A stretch of 64,000 nucleotides of DNA from an uncultured delta proteobacterium (GTDB lineage: Bacteria > Desulfobacterota > WTBG01), in NCBI GenBank assembly GCA_963793865.1, contig CAWCBP010000008.1, positions 224,001-288,000 of the forward strand. Direction: 5' to 3'. Both the position numbers and the translations under genes were made by a program. The notes under the pieces were generated by a model that saw only the letters and a list, made by a program, of their open reading frames with translations, was not told the origin of the DNA and ran no database searches. Below, in pieces: positions 60,838 to 64,000 of the stretch (position 1 is the first letter of the stretch; each line of letters begins with the position of its first letter).

Positions 60838-62367
60838 ATGTCAACCAAACGTCCTCGTGAGCTTCTTTTCGTTTCCCTCACCATGCTTTTCTTGCTTCAC
60901 CTGCTGGTGACTGCTCCTAACGGTCTTGCCTGGGAAACCATGGAACCACGGGCTGGTTATGTAGCCGGTGCAATTTTTGGGACGTGCTTTCATGACCTCA
61001 ATCTGAATGGCATCCGCGATGACGGAGAATATGGCATCGCGGGAATAACCCTCTCACTGAAAAAAATTAACCTGCTGCTCCACCGGACTGAATTGGGAAC
61101 CACGGTGAGTGACGGAGAGGGAAGATATGAATTTGCGGGATTGCAAAGAGGGTTCTATCTCATTGAGGCGCAGCGTACGGAGCAATGGATATGCAGCACA
61201 AAAAATCTTCGATGGGTAATAGTGACCTCATTTATCAATAGGAGGGTAAGTGATATTGCCTTTCAAAGGCAGGTGCTGCAGGACTCATTTATGTTGAGTG
61301 AGTTTCGATTCAATTCAATGGACACCCACATGCACTGGGACGGGACGTATCTCTGGCTTCCTGAGACGGAGTATCTCACTGATACTGTTCGATTCAGCAC
61401 CAACCTGATCAGATTAAACCCTGAGGACTTCAGTTATACACGATACAACCTGCCCCGGATTGAGTATAATGGGGAGGACATTTATCCCATCGTATATGAA
61501 GTTGTACCCAGCCCCAGTAACAAAGACGTACTGTATATCAGCGCTCCTTACAGACAACCAAAATCGATTTATGTGTTTAATAAATCAAGTGGGTCCGCTG
61601 ACGGTTTCAGGCTGATACATGGGGATCTTGTATATGGCGGTAATAATGGAGCCCGGATGGCTGTTACGGCATCCGGGGGAAATGATACGGTATGGATCAC
61701 CTGCAACGATTCTAAGATAGGAGTCTTTGATGTAGCATCGGCTGTGATGACAGAGCTGCATGATTTCAGCAGCATCGCGCCGGGGGGGCTTTATGGAATA
61801 GCGGCAGTGCCTGCCGCCACCGGCGAGGGATATATGATCCATGTTGCCTCATTCGGGGGTAAGCTGCTGGTAGTGCCATCGGATTTCACCTCGATCAGCC
61901 AGAGTATGACCATCGACGTGGCGGATTACGGGGTCAGCGAGGCGAGCTTGACGGCACTTGTCTATGATGAGCCGTATCTCTGGGTTGCCGGGCATGGGAG
62001 GTACAATGGGCGTTTTCGGCTGTTTATCATGCGATATATGCCGGCGTCGCAGTATGATGTGGAGGGGGAATGTGCCTTCTACTGGTCAAATGTGAGCGTG
62101 GGGATGATGCCATCAATATTCTCCTACGGCAACTGGGTGTTTGCAGTGGTTGAGAATTTTGATGACTGTTCTGTACAATATTTAATCAGGCTCGACAAAA
62201 CCACGGGTGTGGTTGAAGCTATCGAGATAGAGTTTCAAAATCCCAGAATAGCAGCAAGCTTAGGTCATGACGGAGATGGCAATATATATGCGGGTGGATT
62301 TGGGTGCTGGTCGAAGACCATTCGGCCATTGGAGCTGGTGCGTTTTACAGGTTTGGCAGTCCCGTGA
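60838..62367 (+). CDS. Secreted protein with SdrD B-like domain and C-terminal beta-propeller-like region
   Basis: Signal peptide; GTCFHDLNLNGIRDDGEYGIAG..TTVSDGEGRYEFAGL; repeated WDGTYLW / YDEPYLWV / DGDGNIY blades. Confidence 0.72.
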   Translation: MSTKRPRELLFVSLTMLFLLHLLVTAPNGLAWETMEPRAGYVAGAIFGTCFHDLNLNGIRDDGEYGIAGITLSLKKINLLLHRTELGTTVSDGEGRYEFAGLQRGFYLIEAQRTEQWICSTKNLRWVIVTSFINRRVSDIAFQRQVLQDSFMLSEFRFNSMDTHMHWDGTYLWLPETEYLTDTVRFSTNLIRLNPEDFSYTRYNLPRIEYNGEDIYPIVYEVVPSPSNKDVLYISAPYRQPKSIYVFNKSSGSADGFRLIHGDLVYGGNNGARMAVTASGGNDTVWITCNDSKIGVFDVASAVMTELHDFSSIAPGGLYGIAAVPAATGEGYMIHVASFGGKLLVVPSDFTSISQSMTIDVADYGVSEASLTALVYDEPYLWVAGHGRYNGRFRLFIMRYMPASQYDVEGECAFYWSNVSVGMMPSIFSYGNWVFAVVENFDDCSVQYLIRLDKTTGVVEAIEIEFQNPRIAASLGHDGDGNIYAGGFGCWSKTIRPLELVRFTGLAVP

Positions 62368-62454
62368 CGTTTAATTGATATCGGGAAAGTGGTATGTAAT
62401 AAACTGCAAGCTTATAGAGAGGGAATACATGTTTCAGTGAAAAAATGAGGTTCA

Positions 62455-62502
62455 GACCGAAACCTTTGGTCGAGACAGGCCCTAAGCCTTTCTCTGGCTT
62501 AG
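62455..62502. terminator. Two adjacent hairpins between convergent genes; possible terminator
   Basis: GACCGAA..TTTGGTC and CTAAGCC..GGCTTAG stems; no clear U-tract. Confidence 0.3.
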
Positions 62503-62548
62503 TATGAAGATCTATTCGTTAGCAGGCTTAAAGCCAAGAGAGAGGAGC

Positions 62549-63241
62549 CTAGTCAAACAGCTTGACCTTGAGCAGCGCCCAGAGCGCCGGAAGGCTGTCG
62601 AACATTTTGATTTTCTTCCCTTCCCGGCGGGAACGGGGCTGGTAGGATACGGGTATTTCTTTAATGCGGTATCCCCGTTTGCAGAGCTTGCTCACCACCT
62701 CAAAGTCAAAGGTGATGCTCCGGTCTGAAATGGGATAGAGTTTTTTTAAAGAGGCGGTCCGGTAAAATTTGCTTCCGATGATATCGGTGAAGCTTTTATG
62801 ATAAAATTTGTTTACCATCCAGGTTGAAATGACCGCGGCCAAATAGTAAGGGCGCTCACGTATCAGCTGAAGATAGGATTTGTTCCGGTGCGCCAGCCGT
62901 GAGCCGAAGACCGCGTCATACCCCTCTCTGTTCGCCAATTCTATCATTTCATGCACATGCCGGGGGTCGTATTCAAGGTCGGCGTTATGCACATAGAGAT
63001 ACTCTCCCCGGGCCATGTCGCAAGCGGTGATGATCGACTGGCCGTATCCGAAATTTCTCTCCTGCAGGACCATCTGGACGGATTGGCTGCGATAGGTTTT
63101 TAACAGTTCCCTGGTGCCGTCAGTGGAACAATTATCAACCACGATGATCTCTTTTTCCACCTCCAGCGCCTCAACCTGCCTGATCGCTTCCAGCACCGTA
63201 TCTTTTTCGTTTAAGACGGTAACCACGATGGTAAGGAGCAT
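62549..63241 (-). CDS. GT2 polyprenyl-phosphate glycosyltransferase (DPM1-like)
   Basis: VVDNCSTDGT, NFGYG, NADLEYDP, VFGSR, FDFE, EIPVSYQPR..EGKKI. Confidence 0.9.
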   Translation of the reverse strand: MLLTIVVTVLNEKDTVLEAIRQVEALEVEKEIIVVDNCSTDGTRELLKTYRSQSVQMVLQERNFGYGQSIITACDMARGEYLYVHNADLEYDPRHVHEMIELANREGYDAVFGSRLAHRNKSYLQLIRERPYYLAAVISTWMVNKFYHKSFTDIIGSKFYRTASLKKLYPISDRSITFDFEVVSKLCKRGYRIKEIPVSYQPRSRREGKKIKMFDSLPALWALLKVKLFD

Positions 63242-63245
63242 GTGT

Positions 63246-64000
63246 CTATTCCTTGCAGCCGCTGGCGCCGGCCTGTTCAGACAGCAGAAATCCGGCATGT
63301 GCTTCCTCGGCAACCTGCCGCGCCCGTTCCAATGCCTTTGCCCGTTCCTGCACGCTCATGGTGTGTTCTGCCTCAAACAGCGGGATGTCCTGATAGGTTT
63401 TGAAGTTGTTCATGTATTCCCGGTAAGGGTATAACATTCTGCCGTGCGCGTCAATCCAATCCATCAGCGCGGTACCCTGGTAGGGCACGAGGTTGAAGAA
63501 TCGCGCCTGATAGACGGGATACCGTTTTATGAAGGCAAACATGTCTTCCAGCGATTGCGGGGTCTCATGGGGAAATCCGATTATGAAGAACAGCCTGACC
63601 TTAAAGCCCATTTCGGTCGCCAGCCGGACCACCGCTTCAATCCGGCCGGTGGTGGTGCCTTTCTTGATGAAACCGAGGACCGCGTCGGAGAAGCTCTCCA
63701 CGCCGAAGGAGATATATTCCACCCCGATGCTCTTTAAAAGCTCCAGTTTCTCCCGGGTCATGCCGCTTACCCGGACGCCGCCGACAATATTGATGGTAAG
63801 GGAGGAAATGGCGCGTGCCCGGAAAAGCCGCCTGATTTCCCTGAGCCGTTTCGCGTCATAGGCAAAATTATCGTCAAGGATCTGGAAGGTTCGGTAGCCC
63901 CGGCCGATCCAATACTCAATCTCCTCAACAAAATAAGCCGCGCTTTTCCCCCGCCAGTTTTTACTGAGCAGGCTGCTCTGCTGGCAGAAAATGCACTTGT
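63246..64000 (-). CDS. Radical SAM enzyme, probably B12-binding class; 5' end outside the window
   Basis: KCIFCQ at window edge, LDDNF, FGVES, FIIGFPHET, PYQGT. Confidence 0.85.
   Translation of the reverse strand, partial: KCIFCQQSSLLSKNWRGKSAAYFVEEIEYWIGRGYRTFQILDDNFAYDAKRLREIRRLFRARAISSLTINIVGGVRVSGMTREKLELLKSIGVEYISFGVESFSDAVLGFIKKGTTTGRIEAVVRLATEMGFKVRLFFIIGFPHETPQSLEDMFAFIKRYPVYQARFFNLVPYQGTALMDWIDAHGRMLYPYREYMNNFKTYQDIPLFEAEHTMSVQERAKALERARQVAEEAHAGFLLSEQAGASGCKE

Noticed and set aside
62440..62548. Possible c-di-GMP riboswitch
   Set aside because: It lacks the conserved GEMM motifs and lies between convergent gene ends, not in a leader.

Overview
A 64-kb bacterial chromosomal segment. 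The gene content and protein styles suggest an anaerobic Desulfobacterota/'deltaproteobacterial' organism (inference). The left part (0-25 kb) carries an M23 peptidase, dprA-topA and a secreted metallophosphoesterase. It also has an MFS-spermidine synthase-TPR fusion and several secreted or surface proteins, including a Cys-rich repeat protein with a near-consensus sigma54 promoter. A thiolase/DUF35/PfkB/VOC operon, a DmsAB-like molybdoenzyme lacking a signal peptide, and nth complete this part. The right part (25-64 kb) is an unusual surface-glycan locus. It is dominated by about eight membrane GT-C-type glycosyltransferases, with two GT2 enzymes, two mutase-like flavoproteins and two radical SAM enzymes (one with a B12-binding domain visible). 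It also holds a methyltransferase, an acyltransferase, two Thr-nucleophile 'sulfatases' and CDP-sugar genes. Embedded in it is a DUF4956-VTC-DUF4956-CotH kinase-phosphoesterase operon, the best candidate for an undescribed system (polyphosphate synthesis/export linked to extracytoplasmic phosphorylation). A 151-bp MITE with TIRs and a TTAG target duplication and other small palindromic repeats are present. Many genes are split by indels, most likely assembly errors. No rRNA, tRNA, CRISPR array or transposase gene was seen.
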